Of a stretch of 64,000 nt of DNA, positions 29,162 through 39,202 are shown in pieces (the stretch's first letter is position 1; each line of letters opens with the position of its first letter). Origin of the DNA: a virus. The stretch is from positions 62,142 through 126,141 of IMG/VR virus record IMGVR_UViG_3300032797_000632; one strand, 5' to 3'. The position numbers were made by a program, and so were the translations under genes. The notes under the pieces are model-generated. The model had not been told where the DNA came from. It saw nothing but the letters and a program-made list of their open reading frames with translations, and made no database searches.

Positions 29162-29730
29162 CCGCCTTTTGTTTCGGAGCTAAAAACAAGGTCAAGTACC
29201 CTTACCTGAGGGAGCACTCCGAGGTCGCAAGGATCGACAACCTCGTGGCCAACATGCTCAACACCGGGGGGATCGAGGTCGTGAGAATAAACGCCGACTG
29301 GATGCCGGCGGCGGACCTCGCCGGCAGGACCGGGGGGCTGCCAAACAGCCTCCTCTGGAAGGTGCGGGCCATCAACGCCATCTGCGACAAGGAGAGGGTG
29401 GAGGCCGCCTTCGAGATGCACCTGAACGCCATGCCCCAGGCGAACACGGCCAGCGGGCACGAGGTGCTCTACACCTCGGACGCCGGGAAGATGCTGGCCG
29501 CCGAGCTGGATAAGTTTCTCGACGCCCAATGGCCGAGCAAGGATCGGAACACAAGGGACGAGGATGGCCTTTATTTTCTGGACAAGGTTCGGGCACCTGC
29601 GGTGATCATCGAGCCGTTCTTTCTGGACAGCGACACGGACACGGACCTTTACCTGGCCCGCCCCGGGGACCTGGCTCGGGCCCTGGCGGACGGCATTGTG
29701 GCCGGGCTTAACAGGCTGGGAAAGCCATAA
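29136..29730 (+). CDS. Endolysin, N-acetylmuramoyl-L-alanine amidase (Amidase_3), needs a +1 shift near 29166
   Basis: RBS-ATG 29136 gives MVILSDGH; the +1 frame gives RE, FEMHLNA, GHEV, LYFL, PAVIIEPFFLDS. Confidence 0.8.
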
Positions 29731-29743
29731 ACGGGAGGCGGAT

Positions 29744-30079
29744 ATGCCCGATTTCAAAAAAGCCCTGAAGGAAGTATGGGATTTCCTAGCTAATTTATTC
29801 TGCGAATGGGATAAGGAATACAGCCGATGGTATCCATCGATGGGGAAGATCTCTTTCTGGATCACATTTTATATTTGCAGTAATTATTACTGGATGAAAG
29901 AAAAGGATGTTCCGACCTACCTGCTTTATGTGTTCTGGTCCCTGCTCGGGTACGCCGTTTTCAAGATGGGCAAGGAAACATTCGAAAGGATAAAGTTGGG
30001 CGGGATTTTCGGTGGCGGGAACGGCGGGCAGGGGAATGGACAGCCAGCCCCGGATCCGGCGAAACCGAGGGAGCAGTAA
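29744..30079 (+). CDS. Putative holin
   Basis: Small, two hydrophobic segments, directly after the endolysin. Confidence 0.6.
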   Translation: MPDFKKALKEVWDFLANLFCEWDKEYSRWYPSMGKISFWITFYICSNYYWMKEKDVPTYLLYVFWSLLGYAVFKMGKETFERIKLGGIFGGGNGGQGNGQPAPDPAKPREQ

Positions 30080-30083
30080 GGGC

Positions 30084-30890
30084 GTGATTCTGACGATCCT
30101 AAAAGTGCTCAACAGGTTCAAGTTCTGGATTCTGCTGGCGGTTTTCGCTGGCACGATATTCCTCTACCAGCACCATCACCGCAACGAGGTGATAGGGCTC
30201 GAGGGGGTGATCTCGTCCGCCGGGGTCGACATCATGACCTGCAAGGGGAACCTCGCCCTGTGCGAGACTAACTTCAAGGAGCTAGCCGATAAATGCCGGA
30301 AGGCGTGTCCGGCCATGTCGGGCGACATAGACGAGATCCAGAGAAAGTATGCGAAGAGCAAGGAGGAGCTGATCGCAAAGCAGAAAGAGATAGACAAGCT
30401 TCTCGGAGACATCAACGCCATCAAAAAGAAGAAAATCGAGGCCGGGGATGTGATCTGGCCAGAGAGTGCTACCGATGTCGTGGACCAGCTCAAAAAAGCC
30501 CTCGGAAAGCAATGGACGGGGGTGATGGACAAGATCAAAAAGGATAGCGGGATGGGGCCGATTCAGGAGTTTGCGAAAAGGTGGAACTGGTACCCCAAGC
30601 TGAAAATGGGGGTCGGATACGACATGAACCAGGCGCAGGCCCAAGTCGGGGTCAGCCTGTTTTCCTATGGAAAAATAAAGGCCGTGGACCAGACCTATCT
30701 GGACTTCGTCGAGCCCTATGTCGCCGTGGGACTGAACGGTGCCAATGTGGCCATCGGGATCGCCCCGGTGAGCCTGAACCTCGGCGGGTTCCTGCCGGTA
30801 ATTAAGGATCTGGACATCACGGGCGGGGTTCAATTCAATTTGGACGGGATGAAAGTGGTCCCCATAGTCGGGGTGACATCGACATTTTGA
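30084..30890 (+). CDS. Putative spanin-like protein
   Basis: N-terminal TM, coiled coil, amphipathic beta strands ending in Phe; last gene of the lysis cassette. Confidence 0.5.
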   Translation: MILTILKVLNRFKFWILLAVFAGTIFLYQHHHRNEVIGLEGVISSAGVDIMTCKGNLALCETNFKELADKCRKACPAMSGDIDEIQRKYAKSKEELIAKQKEIDKLLGDINAIKKKKIEAGDVIWPESATDVVDQLKKALGKQWTGVMDKIKKDSGMGPIQEFAKRWNWYPKLKMGVGYDMNQAQAQVGVSLFSYGKIKAVDQTYLDFVEPYVAVGLNGANVAIGIAPVSLNLGGFLPVIKDLDITGGVQFNLDGMKVVPIVGVTSTF

Positions 30891-30900
30891 GGAAAGCGTA

Positions 30901-31272
30901 ATGCAAATAATTAAAAAGAACGAGAGCACCGCCGATATCCGCAGAGCTTATTTATATTGCATTGATGGGTCGGGAGTTCCCGTTTCCGGAGAAGATTACG
31001 GGCAACCTTATATGTCTGTGAATGGTGGAGACTGGGTAGCCACCACCAATACGTTAATTGCCATAGTAGATGATGTGGACGTTAATTACGGAGATTATTA
31101 TGTTGAGCTGACCCAGGAAGAAGTGAACGTAGACGATATGTCGATTATTCTCATTCGATATAAATCAGTAAATACGATAGAGATAAAAGCAAATCCGATC
31201 CAGATTCAGGAATATCCGTTGAAAGTTGCATTCAAGTCTTTATTGGATGCTATAGGAATAGGAGCATTGTAA
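30901..31272 (+). CDS. Hypothetical protein (AT-rich island)
   Basis: ORF with few shadow ORFs; beta-rich. Confidence 0.6.
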   Translation: MQIIKKNESTADIRRAYLYCIDGSGVPVSGEDYGQPYMSVNGGDWVATTNTLIAIVDDVDVNYGDYYVELTQEEVNVDDMSIILIRYKSVNTIEIKANPIQIQEYPLKVAFKSLLDAIGIGAL

Positions 31273-32279
31273 TGTATAAACATTGGTGGATAAATGCCAA
31301 TGCCCCCGACAATAGCGGTTCGGGACAAAATATTTATGAACCGAAAAAAGACTGGCAGGACGTTGGCGGATTGCTGTCCGTGATCGATACTGATGAGATT
31401 AATGTTATTCATCACGCTATGGGAGACTATATATTGTCGGATGAATTGGATTTGAGTGCCTACCGGGTGATCCTCCTCGGAGAACATAGCCTTATGCATC
31501 TATTGGCTCCTGGGGTTAAATATTGGAGAGGTCTCGGGCAAGGCAGGATTATATCTTTTGAGTATCCGGCTGAAATCAGTGGAATAAATATTTTAGCGAG
31601 TAGTGATTGTGTTGGATTAACCTTGAGAGGACCTGTCCGTTTCCGAAATACATTTATTTATGTTAATTCTGAAAGATCAATTGGGATTGATATTGCTGGA
31701 CCCGCACTCCTTGAAATCGAATCTTTATTGTTGGCTCCGGTTTTAAGCTCGGGCACAGATGGAAGTTATCTATTAAGATACTCCGATACAAGTAATTCCA
31801 TTCAAAAAACTATTAAGAATACGATATTTTTATGGGATTCAGAACATCCTGATTGGCCTTTCCCTGAGAGCAGAATTTGGCAGGAGGTTGGCGGGTCCGA
31901 CGGAATGATTTACACACAAAATAATGTTTATGGCGATTTTAAGATATTTCACGGTGTTCAAAGCGTTTTCCATCTGGACAAAAATACTTACCCAACTCAG
32001 GCAACTCACAAAGACCCCTGGCCCGTGATGTGGCCGGATTTAAGCATGATTCCTCCTGCAGCTCAGAGTTTTGATACAGATAATCAATTTGTAAAATGTA
32101 CTAGTGTTCCTCCAATAAATCCAAGAAAACTATTTATAGGGGCAATCGATTTCATCTTGGAGAAATGGTATCAAAAAGGTCATCTGGGTGATCCCGCTTA
32201 TTTATTAAGGACAAATCAAAATAGCTTTTGGTATGACGATGATCATAATCTTATTAAGATTCAGTCAGAGGAACTTTAA
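31272..32279 (+). CDS. Hypothetical beta-helix-like protein
   Basis: WWINANAPDNSGSG...EPKKDW start resembles pectin-lyase-like N-termini; AT-rich. Confidence 0.5.
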   Translation: MYKHWWINANAPDNSGSGQNIYEPKKDWQDVGGLLSVIDTDEINVIHHAMGDYILSDELDLSAYRVILLGEHSLMHLLAPGVKYWRGLGQGRIISFEYPAEISGINILASSDCVGLTLRGPVRFRNTFIYVNSERSIGIDIAGPALLEIESLLLAPVLSSGTDGSYLLRYSDTSNSIQKTIKNTIFLWDSEHPDWPFPESRIWQEVGGSDGMIYTQNNVYGDFKIFHGVQSVFHLDKNTYPTQATHKDPWPVMWPDLSMIPPAAQSFDTDNQFVKCTSVPPINPRKLFIGAIDFILEKWYQKGHLGDPAYLLRTNQNSFWYDDDHNLIKIQSEEL

Positions 32280-33956
32280 ATGGATCCGATAGCTGTAGGC
32301 GTAGCTTTATCTGCGGTTCAAAAGACTGATCCGGATTGGATTGATCTTACTGACGGTGGATATACCGGTTTGCATAAGCATATCGTAGCCAAGAGCGATG
32401 TTCGTAACCCCCGGACATTCATCCAGCAGATCGGGCATCCTGGCGGCCCGTGGTCGAGTGCGAGTCCATTCTTTTGCAATTCGCTTGCCACCTGCCCGTT
32501 CAATCCCGACACCTACCCGACGATAGAAGTTTGGGGATATACGTTCCGGTCGAGCGATCTCGATCAGATCAAGCTGTCTTATTTGGCTGTCGATCATATC
32601 GGAACTCTTGCTTCCCCCGGAGATTTCACTTTTACCCCGACGACCCACGATTTCGGAGATGGCGACGGACCTGTGCCGGTGACAAGATGGGCAATTACCT
32701 TGACTACCGATCCGACGGAAGGATCGGATGATGTCGATGTCGAGGCGAAGTCTCTCGACGGGATAACAGAGACCGATTCTCGGGCGGTGGTGGTGGATAA
32801 TACCCAGCCATTGATATCGGGGGGGTGGGTGGAGGATTCGCCAACCCATCGGGACTATGCGACACAGGGAAATCTTTACAAGGGAGAATATGTCAAGTGC
32901 CAATATGTGGCCTCGGACACCAATTACGATTACACTCGGATTTATTCCGGGGCGATGACGACAACCGTGGATTTCAACCGGCCCGAGACCTCCTACATTA
33001 CTGCTTGGCTTCGATCAAAGAATGTGACCGGGAGCCAAACAATAAATCTTAGGGCGGTGGATAAGGCGGGCAATTATAATCAGATTTCATTAACGCCCCT
33101 CACGGTTCAAAATGGGCCAGCACTCCCCGCCCTTGTGGGTTTCGATTATGTGGATGCGGGGACACCAATTCCCCCGCAGACCATGTATTACCAGAATCTT
33201 GCCGGATCGTCCTATGCCGACAATGTGGCGCGGTTCGCCGCCCAGATCGCCTCTGCCTTGATCGGGTGTCGAAATTCGGGCAATAGTGATCGAGTCGCCA
33301 GATTTCAAAGCGGGACCCTCTCTTTAACCACGATGGTCGCCACCACGGCCGACTGGACAAACTTTGTGGCCACCGGCGTCCCGATATCGACCCAGGCTTC
33401 GAGGAACGATGGCAAGGCGGTGTTTCACATCGAGGATCAGTTCTGGTCGACCCAGGATTGGAGCACCACGAGAAACGCTTGGTATAACAACCACAAGGCC
33501 CTGGATTACAGCTCCGATCCGAATATCGTGACGGCCTACATCGGATTCCCATTTAATAAGGCGGGATTCGATGCTTTTGCCGACGGGGTTAATGTTGCGA
33601 GCCTAGCCGGATGCCGAGTGTTTGACGGAACTATAAACAACCAGGCTTCTACCGGGTCGGTGGAGGTGACGATTGACATTGGGGAGAACACCCACAAGAC
33701 TCACCAGATCAGACTTTCCCGCCGGGATACCCAATCGGAGGTAGATTGGGCGGGATGGGGATCGAAGCTGAAGGCGAAGTGGTGGAACGGTTCGGCCTGG
33801 GTATATTGCAATAATGACCAATTGCCGGCCACGCCGTCGTTTGGTTCGGGAAGTCAATTCAGCATTCCGACGGTGCAGACATCTATCCGAATCAAACTTG
33901 AATGGTCGGCCACGATTCCTGACATCGAGGTCCTGGCCTGTCTCTACATTAAATAA
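32280..33956 (+). CDS. Ig-like/beta-sandwich virion accessory protein
   Basis: VVVDNTQP and LRAVDKAGN Ig-like motifs; Thr/Asp-rich. Confidence 0.55.
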   Translation: MDPIAVGVALSAVQKTDPDWIDLTDGGYTGLHKHIVAKSDVRNPRTFIQQIGHPGGPWSSASPFFCNSLATCPFNPDTYPTIEVWGYTFRSSDLDQIKLSYLAVDHIGTLASPGDFTFTPTTHDFGDGDGPVPVTRWAITLTTDPTEGSDDVDVEAKSLDGITETDSRAVVVDNTQPLISGGWVEDSPTHRDYATQGNLYKGEYVKCQYVASDTNYDYTRIYSGAMTTTVDFNRPETSYITAWLRSKNVTGSQTINLRAVDKAGNYNQISLTPLTVQNGPALPALVGFDYVDAGTPIPPQTMYYQNLAGSSYADNVARFAAQIASALIGCRNSGNSDRVARFQSGTLSLTTMVATTADWTNFVATGVPISTQASRNDGKAVFHIEDQFWSTQDWSTTRNAWYNNHKALDYSSDPNIVTAYIGFPFNKAGFDAFADGVNVASLAGCRVFDGTINNQASTGSVEVTIDIGENTHKTHQIRLSRRDTQSEVDWAGWGSKLKAKWWNGSAWVYCNNDQLPATPSFGSGSQFSIPTVQTSIRIKLEWSATIPDIEVLACLYIK

Positions 33957-33958
33957 AA

Positions 33959-35026
33959 ATGGGATTCTGGGGAGACGGAGTTTACCGATACGACGAGGCC
34001 GAGATCCGAGACCAGACGGACCGGAGCTGGGCCGTGGCCTTCATCGTAACCCCGGCGATTCCGCCGGACTCGATTATCAATATTTTTATGCTCGTGAGGT
34101 TCGCCGACGATCTGGCCGACATCGATGATCTGTCGAGATATCCAAATGCCGTGATCGGAGAAAGCTACCTGCGGATTTACAAAAACGAGAACAGGACCCC
34201 GGAGATCGAATTGGCTATGGATGATGCGAATGTGGAAAATGTGGATGTCGGGATATACAAGTATGCCTGGACAGTTCCCCTGTTCGACATGGATGCTTTT
34301 AGTATTGAGGTCACCCTTCAAAACACATTCACCAATCCGGCGACCTTGAATTATCCCGAGGAGGTTATAACCGTCGACAGGACATTCTCTATCCCGGTCG
34401 GCGGAAAGAGCGGAGGTGTGACGCCAGTGGGATCAGAAGCGGTATCGATATTGGTCAGGGACCGGATTTCGCACAGCCCGATCCCGGATGTTCGTGCCTC
34501 GATTTATAATCCCGCCGGTGACCGGTTGATTGGATATGGCGTAACGAACGCCAGCGGTCTGGTCGTGCTTCTTGGGAACACCGAGCCGGGCCTCCCTCTC
34601 GACCCTGGGGTTTACTTAGTGCGTCTTGCCAAATCGCTCGTGAGCTTTGACCCGACATACTCGATAACCGTGGAGAGCGGGGAGGAGAACGATTTTATCC
34701 TTAAGGGCACGGAGATCCCGGTGCCTGTCCCGCCGCATCCGGATCTGTGCCTAATCCATGGGTGGCTCTATGAGATCAATGCCAACCCCTACGCCAACCA
34801 GAAATTCCATGTCAACATCTACCAGCCCCCCCGGGGAAGCAAGTCGGGCGTTCTGCTGGGGTCCGGGGCGATCAAGGTGGAGACCGACGAGGAGGGGTAT
34901 TTCAGCTTTTACGCCGTCCGCGGATATATGATAAGAATCGATGTGCCACAGGCTTCGCTCGAGGCCGCAGTCTTGGTGCCCGACCAGGAATCGGTGTGGA
35001 TCACGGATCTGGTGAAGGTCGGTTGA
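33959..35026 (+). CDS. Protein with carboxypeptidase-regulatory-like (Ig) domains
   Basis: PIPDVRASIY...TNASG...LDPGVYLV; TDEEGYFSF. Confidence 0.55.
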   Translation: MGFWGDGVYRYDEAEIRDQTDRSWAVAFIVTPAIPPDSIINIFMLVRFADDLADIDDLSRYPNAVIGESYLRIYKNENRTPEIELAMDDANVENVDVGIYKYAWTVPLFDMDAFSIEVTLQNTFTNPATLNYPEEVITVDRTFSIPVGGKSGGVTPVGSEAVSILVRDRISHSPIPDVRASIYNPAGDRLIGYGVTNASGLVVLLGNTEPGLPLDPGVYLVRLAKSLVSFDPTYSITVESGEENDFILKGTEIPVPVPPHPDLCLIHGWLYEINANPYANQKFHVNIYQPPRGSKSGVLLGSGAIKVETDEEGYFSFYAVRGYMIRIDVPQASLEAAVLVPDQESVWITDLVKVG

Positions 35027-35703
35027 AGATAACGGTGGCGATAAGTAACCTCGACTGCGAGGGGCATCTCCGCCGGTGCCTGCGTTCTGTGCTCGCCCAG
35101 GCTAGGAGGCCAGATGAGTGGATCCTGATCGACGACGGATCCTCGGACGGGAGTCGTCGGATCATGGCCGAGGAGGTGGGGCCAGAGGTAAACGCCACGA
35201 TGATATTCTCCCCGCACTCCGGGGTGCAGAGGCAGAGGAACATCGCCCTCGGCATGGCGACGGGCGACGCCGTCGCCTTTCTCGACTCGGACGCCCACTA
35301 CTTCCCCCACTATCTGGCACGCCTCGAGGAGGTGCTCGAGGCCGACCCCCGGGCGGGCCTGGCATACTGCAGGTGGTACTGGATCCGGGAGCCGGACAAT
35401 TTCCGGTTCGTCCAGACCTCCCCCCCGGACTTCGACCGGGCTAGGCTACTGAGGTCTAACTACATATCGATGTGCTCGCTGTTCCGGCGGGAGGCGCTCG
35501 AGGCATACGGCTTCGACGAGTCCCTCCCCCATTTCCAGGATTGGGATGTCGCCCTTGGCATCACGGGCAAGGGCTGGGCGGCGAAATTCGCGGGCGAGAT
35601 ACTGTTTGAGGCCGCCCTCCGCAGAAACGGGATAACCATGCGGAGGCGGTCCGGCGAGGCGGAAAGAATAAGGGAAAGGCATCGAGACGGAGGTGCACAA
35701 TGA
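35023..35703 (+). CDS. Glycosyltransferase family 2
   Basis: LIDDGSSDGS, QRNIAL, AFLDSD, FDESL, QDWD. Confidence 0.9.
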   Translation: MKITVAISNLDCEGHLRRCLRSVLAQARRPDEWILIDDGSSDGSRRIMAEEVGPEVNATMIFSPHSGVQRQRNIALGMATGDAVAFLDSDAHYFPHYLARLEEVLEADPRAGLAYCRWYWIREPDNFRFVQTSPPDFDRARLLRSNYISMCSLFRREALEAYGFDESLPHFQDWDVALGITGKGWAAKFAGEILFEAALRRNGITMRRRSGEAERIRERHRDGGAQ

Positions 35704-37112
35704 ACGAGATGGTAACGATTGTCGTGCTGACGGCGGGATCGGCGGTCGAGGAGATGTCTGGTTTCCTGGCCCATGCCCGGGCGATAGAGTATAAGCCCAT
35801 CGAGCTGGTGGCGATGGAGGACGGGGCATCCCCGGAGATGTCGAACCTGCTGAGGGAGGTCGCCCTGCGGAGCGGGCCGATACGGATCATAAGGACGCCG
35901 TTCATGCAGGAGATGGAGTCCGTGCGTCACGCCATAAACAAATCGCGCGGGGACTACCAGCTGGTCTGCAGGCCGCAGATGCGGATCGCCCCCGGGGCGA
36001 TAAGCAGGATTCTGCTGGCGATGAAATCCGACAAGTCCGGGTGGGTGGACGGCATGTGCGTGACCGGAGACTCCACGGCCAGTATGTCGGCCCAGCCCGA
36101 GGAGCTAGTCTCGGGCGTGAGGATCCCCCCCCTGGTCGTCGTGCGCAGGCAGATGATATATGAGCCGTGGCTCCCCGGAACGGGCCCATTTCCCAACCAG
36201 CTGGTCTGGCACTTCCTCTCGATGAGGGTCAAGGCGAGTCTTATGGCCGACCCCTTGGCCTCGATGAGTCAAGAGGCGTGGGAGGCACTGGCGAAAGCGG
36301 GGGTCAACCCCGACTCGTCAAGCCCGGCAAGGCCAAGGATAGAGCCGGGGGTCGCCGACAGGGGCCGTGTAGTCGAGCCGGCACCCGCCCCGGTGATGAG
36401 GCCGAGGCCGATGATCTCCTCGTCGAGAAACCGCCGGGAAAGGCCAGCGGAAAAGCCGGCGGGGAAAAGGGCCGACGAGATATCAATTAAGCATCCCGAT
36501 ATCCTGGCGGTGGTTCCTCTGGGCGACGGGGACCGGCAGACCGTAGCCTCCATCCTGGCCGGTGCCAACGGCATCGATCTCGAGGCGATGGTCGTCGGAA
36601 GCCGGCCCGACGCCGGAACCGTCAAGTGGATTGTGGACTCCTCGCTCCGCGCCATAATGTATCCGGAGAAGCGGTCCGAGTGGGAGGGCGTGTCCCTCGC
36701 CGCAAAGATATCGGACAAATCAGCCATTCTGTTCGTCCGCCCGGGGCTGTTGCTCGCCCCCGGGTGTGTCGCCTCCCTTGCGGAAGGGATCCGCAAGCAT
36801 TCTCTGGTCGTCCCGCAACTCCACAAGGGCGGGGACGATCCGATCACGGAGGCCAGCAGGCTTGTGTCGCAGTCTGCGGGCAAGACCGAGGAGGCGAAAT
36901 CCCTGTCCGATGAGTGCTTTGCCATCTCCCCGGCCCTGGCCATAAAGGCGGGGTTCACATCGTTCGAGGACATAGTTGCAAAGGCGAGATTGATTTCCGC
37001 TCCGGCGATCCGCCTGGATGCGCTGGTTTACTATCCCCCATCCCCCAAAGGCTCCGCCCCGGACCTGTCCAAGGAATCCGGGGCGGAGCCATCTCCACCT
37101 CCTGCGGGATGA
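35700..37112 (+). CDS. Degenerate tandem GT2-like protein
   Basis: Two halves with GT-A-like layout (VTIVV...ELVAMEDG) lacking DxD, joined by a Pro/Arg linker. Confidence 0.45.
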   Translation: MNEMVTIVVLTAGSAVEEMSGFLAHARAIEYKPIELVAMEDGASPEMSNLLREVALRSGPIRIIRTPFMQEMESVRHAINKSRGDYQLVCRPQMRIAPGAISRILLAMKSDKSGWVDGMCVTGDSTASMSAQPEELVSGVRIPPLVVVRRQMIYEPWLPGTGPFPNQLVWHFLSMRVKASLMADPLASMSQEAWEALAKAGVNPDSSSPARPRIEPGVADRGRVVEPAPAPVMRPRPMISSSRNRRERPAEKPAGKRADEISIKHPDILAVVPLGDGDRQTVASILAGANGIDLEAMVVGSRPDAGTVKWIVDSSLRAIMYPEKRSEWEGVSLAAKISDKSAILFVRPGLLLAPGCVASLAEGIRKHSLVVPQLHKGGDDPITEASRLVSQSAGKTEEAKSLSDECFAISPALAIKAGFTSFEDIVAKARLISAPAIRLDALVYYPPSPKGSAPDLSKESGAEPSPPPAG

Positions 37113-37236
37113 CGGGGCGGGGAAAGCCCGCATTAATATAAGGTAGTCAACCCCCCTCAAGGGGGATCAATGGGGTTTTATACTTGACTTCCCCCTTTGG
37201 CTATGGATAAATGATAGCAGGAAAGGGGGTGGTCGA

Positions 37237-37644
37237 ATGGATGACATTTCCAAAATAAAGGAGGTCGGGGACCGGCTTATCCGCCAGGTGATCGAGGACA
37301 GCCCCGCCCTCCGCAGCATTTTCATGACCCGCATGCCCCGGTACCGCTATTGGGAAACCAAGGGGCGGATCCGGTGGATGTTCGGTTGGACCGTCGAGCG
37401 CAACACCGACGGTAAGTTCGAGGCTTTCATCTACAAATTCGAAAAGGCGAAAAACCAGTATCGGCTGGCCAAAAGGATGCCGTTCTCCCGCCGGCACAAG
37501 GCGAAGGAGAGGGCAAAAAAGTGGTACGAAAAAAAGGCGACGGCCTCCCGGGGGGAGCCCGCCCCGTGGAGGGTCAACCTCCTCTCGACCAAATATGCGA
37601 TCCGTTATCTGGATTTGTTTTTCCCGTGGATGATAGGTGAGTGA
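37237..37644 (+). CDS. Hypothetical basic protein
   Basis: ORF after an intergenic region with TTGACT. Confidence 0.55.
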   Translation: MDDISKIKEVGDRLIRQVIEDSPALRSIFMTRMPRYRYWETKGRIRWMFGWTVERNTDGKFEAFIYKFEKAKNQYRLAKRMPFSRRHKAKERAKKWYEKKATASRGEPAPWRVNLLSTKYAIRYLDLFFPWMIGE

Positions 37645-37724
37645 ACCATTCATCGCTTGACTATCGGGGAATGGTGGTGCATGCTACCATTAAGATTATT
37701 CGCCCAACCTGAAAGGAGGTGTCT

Positions 37725-39176
37725 ATGGCGAATCTGGTAAGAGACCACATCCAGGCGGGCTTCGGCCTGCTGTGGGTGCACACCTCGGAGCCCGACAGGG
37801 CTATCCGCGATCTCGGCAAGGAAATCAAATCCTTGGCCGCTGACAAGAAGCAAAATATCGAGATTGCGGAATGGGACTGCGTCAGCGGATTCAGGGACGA
37901 AAGCGGGGTCAAGCCGATGGAGGATCCCCTGATGCCCCTCAAGCGGTTCGACTCCATGCCGGACCGCTCCGTTCTTTTCCTCCACAATTATCACCGGTGC
38001 CTCGGAAGCCTCGATGCCGTCCAGACCTTCGCAAACCGGCTGGACGCCTGGCGGGGCAAGGGCAAGACGGTGATCGTCATCTCGCCGGTGATCAACCTGC
38101 CGGTGGAGATCGAGAAGCTCTGGACGATCATCGATTTCAAGCTCCCCGACAGGGAGAAGGTTCGGGAGGTCGTCGAGTACATCGCCGAGTCGGCGAAGCT
38201 CAAAAGCCCCCCGAAGGATCCGGAGCTCTCCACGATCGTGGAAAACGGCCTCGGGCTCACGCAGTGCGAGCTCGAGAACGCCCTCGCCTACTCCCTGATC
38301 CGGGCGGGGAAGTTCGACCCCAAAATCATCTCCGAAATGAAAAGCCAGATGGTCAAGAAATCCGGCATCCTCGAGTACGCCAAGTTCAACGAGAAGTTCG
38401 ACTCCCTCGCCGGGATGGACGCCATCAAAAAGTTCGCCCTCGCCACGGCCCTCCACGCCCTCTCGAGGGGGATTCTGATCGTCGGGGTGCCCGGGTGCGG
38501 GAAGTCGCACTTCGCCAAGGCCCTCGGCAACGAGATCGGCCTCCCGGTCCTGACCCTCGACTTCGGGCGGATCTTCGGGAGCTTCATCGGGGAGTCCGAG
38601 GGCAAGATGCGGGCGACCACCGACATGCTGGATGCGATGGCCCCCTGCGTCTGCTTCATCGACGAGATCGAGAAGGGCCTCGCCGGGTCGGAGAGCTCGG
38701 GGCGCCTCGACTCGGGGGTCACCTCCCGGGTCACCGGGGGCTTCCTCACCTGGCTCAACGACCACACGAGCCGGGTCTACATGGTGGCCTCCTGCAACGA
38801 CCTCGACTCCCTCCCCCCCCCGTTCCAGCGGGCGGAGCGGTGGGACGCCATCTTCTTCGTCGATCTGCCCTCGGAAAATGAGCGGATCGCCATCCTTGAA
38901 ATTTACCGGAAGCACTTCGAGATCAAGGACAAGAGCGTCCCGGACATGACCGACTTCTCCGGGGCGGAGATCAAAACCATGTGCCGGATCAGCAAGATGA
39001 TCGGAATCCCGCTCACCGAGGCGAGGCAGTATGTAATTCCCCTCTCCAGATCGATGGGCGAGAAGATAACCAAGCTTCGGAATTGGGCGGTGGACCGGGC
39101 CCTCATGGCCTCGACCGACGCCACGGTCCGCACGAGGGAGAAGAGGCGGATCGACATGAACCCCACCGCCAATTAG
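37725..39176 (+). CDS. Ycf46-like AAA+ ATPase
   Basis: Walker A GVPGCGKS, Walker B CFIDEIEKG, RWDAIFFVDLP; inactive N-terminal AAA half. Confidence 0.88.
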   Translation: MANLVRDHIQAGFGLLWVHTSEPDRAIRDLGKEIKSLAADKKQNIEIAEWDCVSGFRDESGVKPMEDPLMPLKRFDSMPDRSVLFLHNYHRCLGSLDAVQTFANRLDAWRGKGKTVIVISPVINLPVEIEKLWTIIDFKLPDREKVREVVEYIAESAKLKSPPKDPELSTIVENGLGLTQCELENALAYSLIRAGKFDPKIISEMKSQMVKKSGILEYAKFNEKFDSLAGMDAIKKFALATALHALSRGILIVGVPGCGKSHFAKALGNEIGLPVLTLDFGRIFGSFIGESEGKMRATTDMLDAMAPCVCFIDEIEKGLAGSESSGRLDSGVTSRVTGGFLTWLNDHTSRVYMVASCNDLDSLPPPFQRAERWDAIFFVDLPSENERIAILEIYRKHFEIKDKSVPDMTDFSGAEIKTMCRISKMIGIPLTEARQYVIPLSRSMGEKITKLRNWAVDRALMASTDATVRTREKRRIDMNPTAN

Positions 39177-39202
39177 GCGGAGGGTCGGAAAGGAGGAACG
39201 GC

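Noticed and set aside
37146-37165. GTCAACCCCCCTCAAGGGGG as another IS200/IS605 end
   Set aside because: Too short and no associated element; equally explained as an intergenic hairpin
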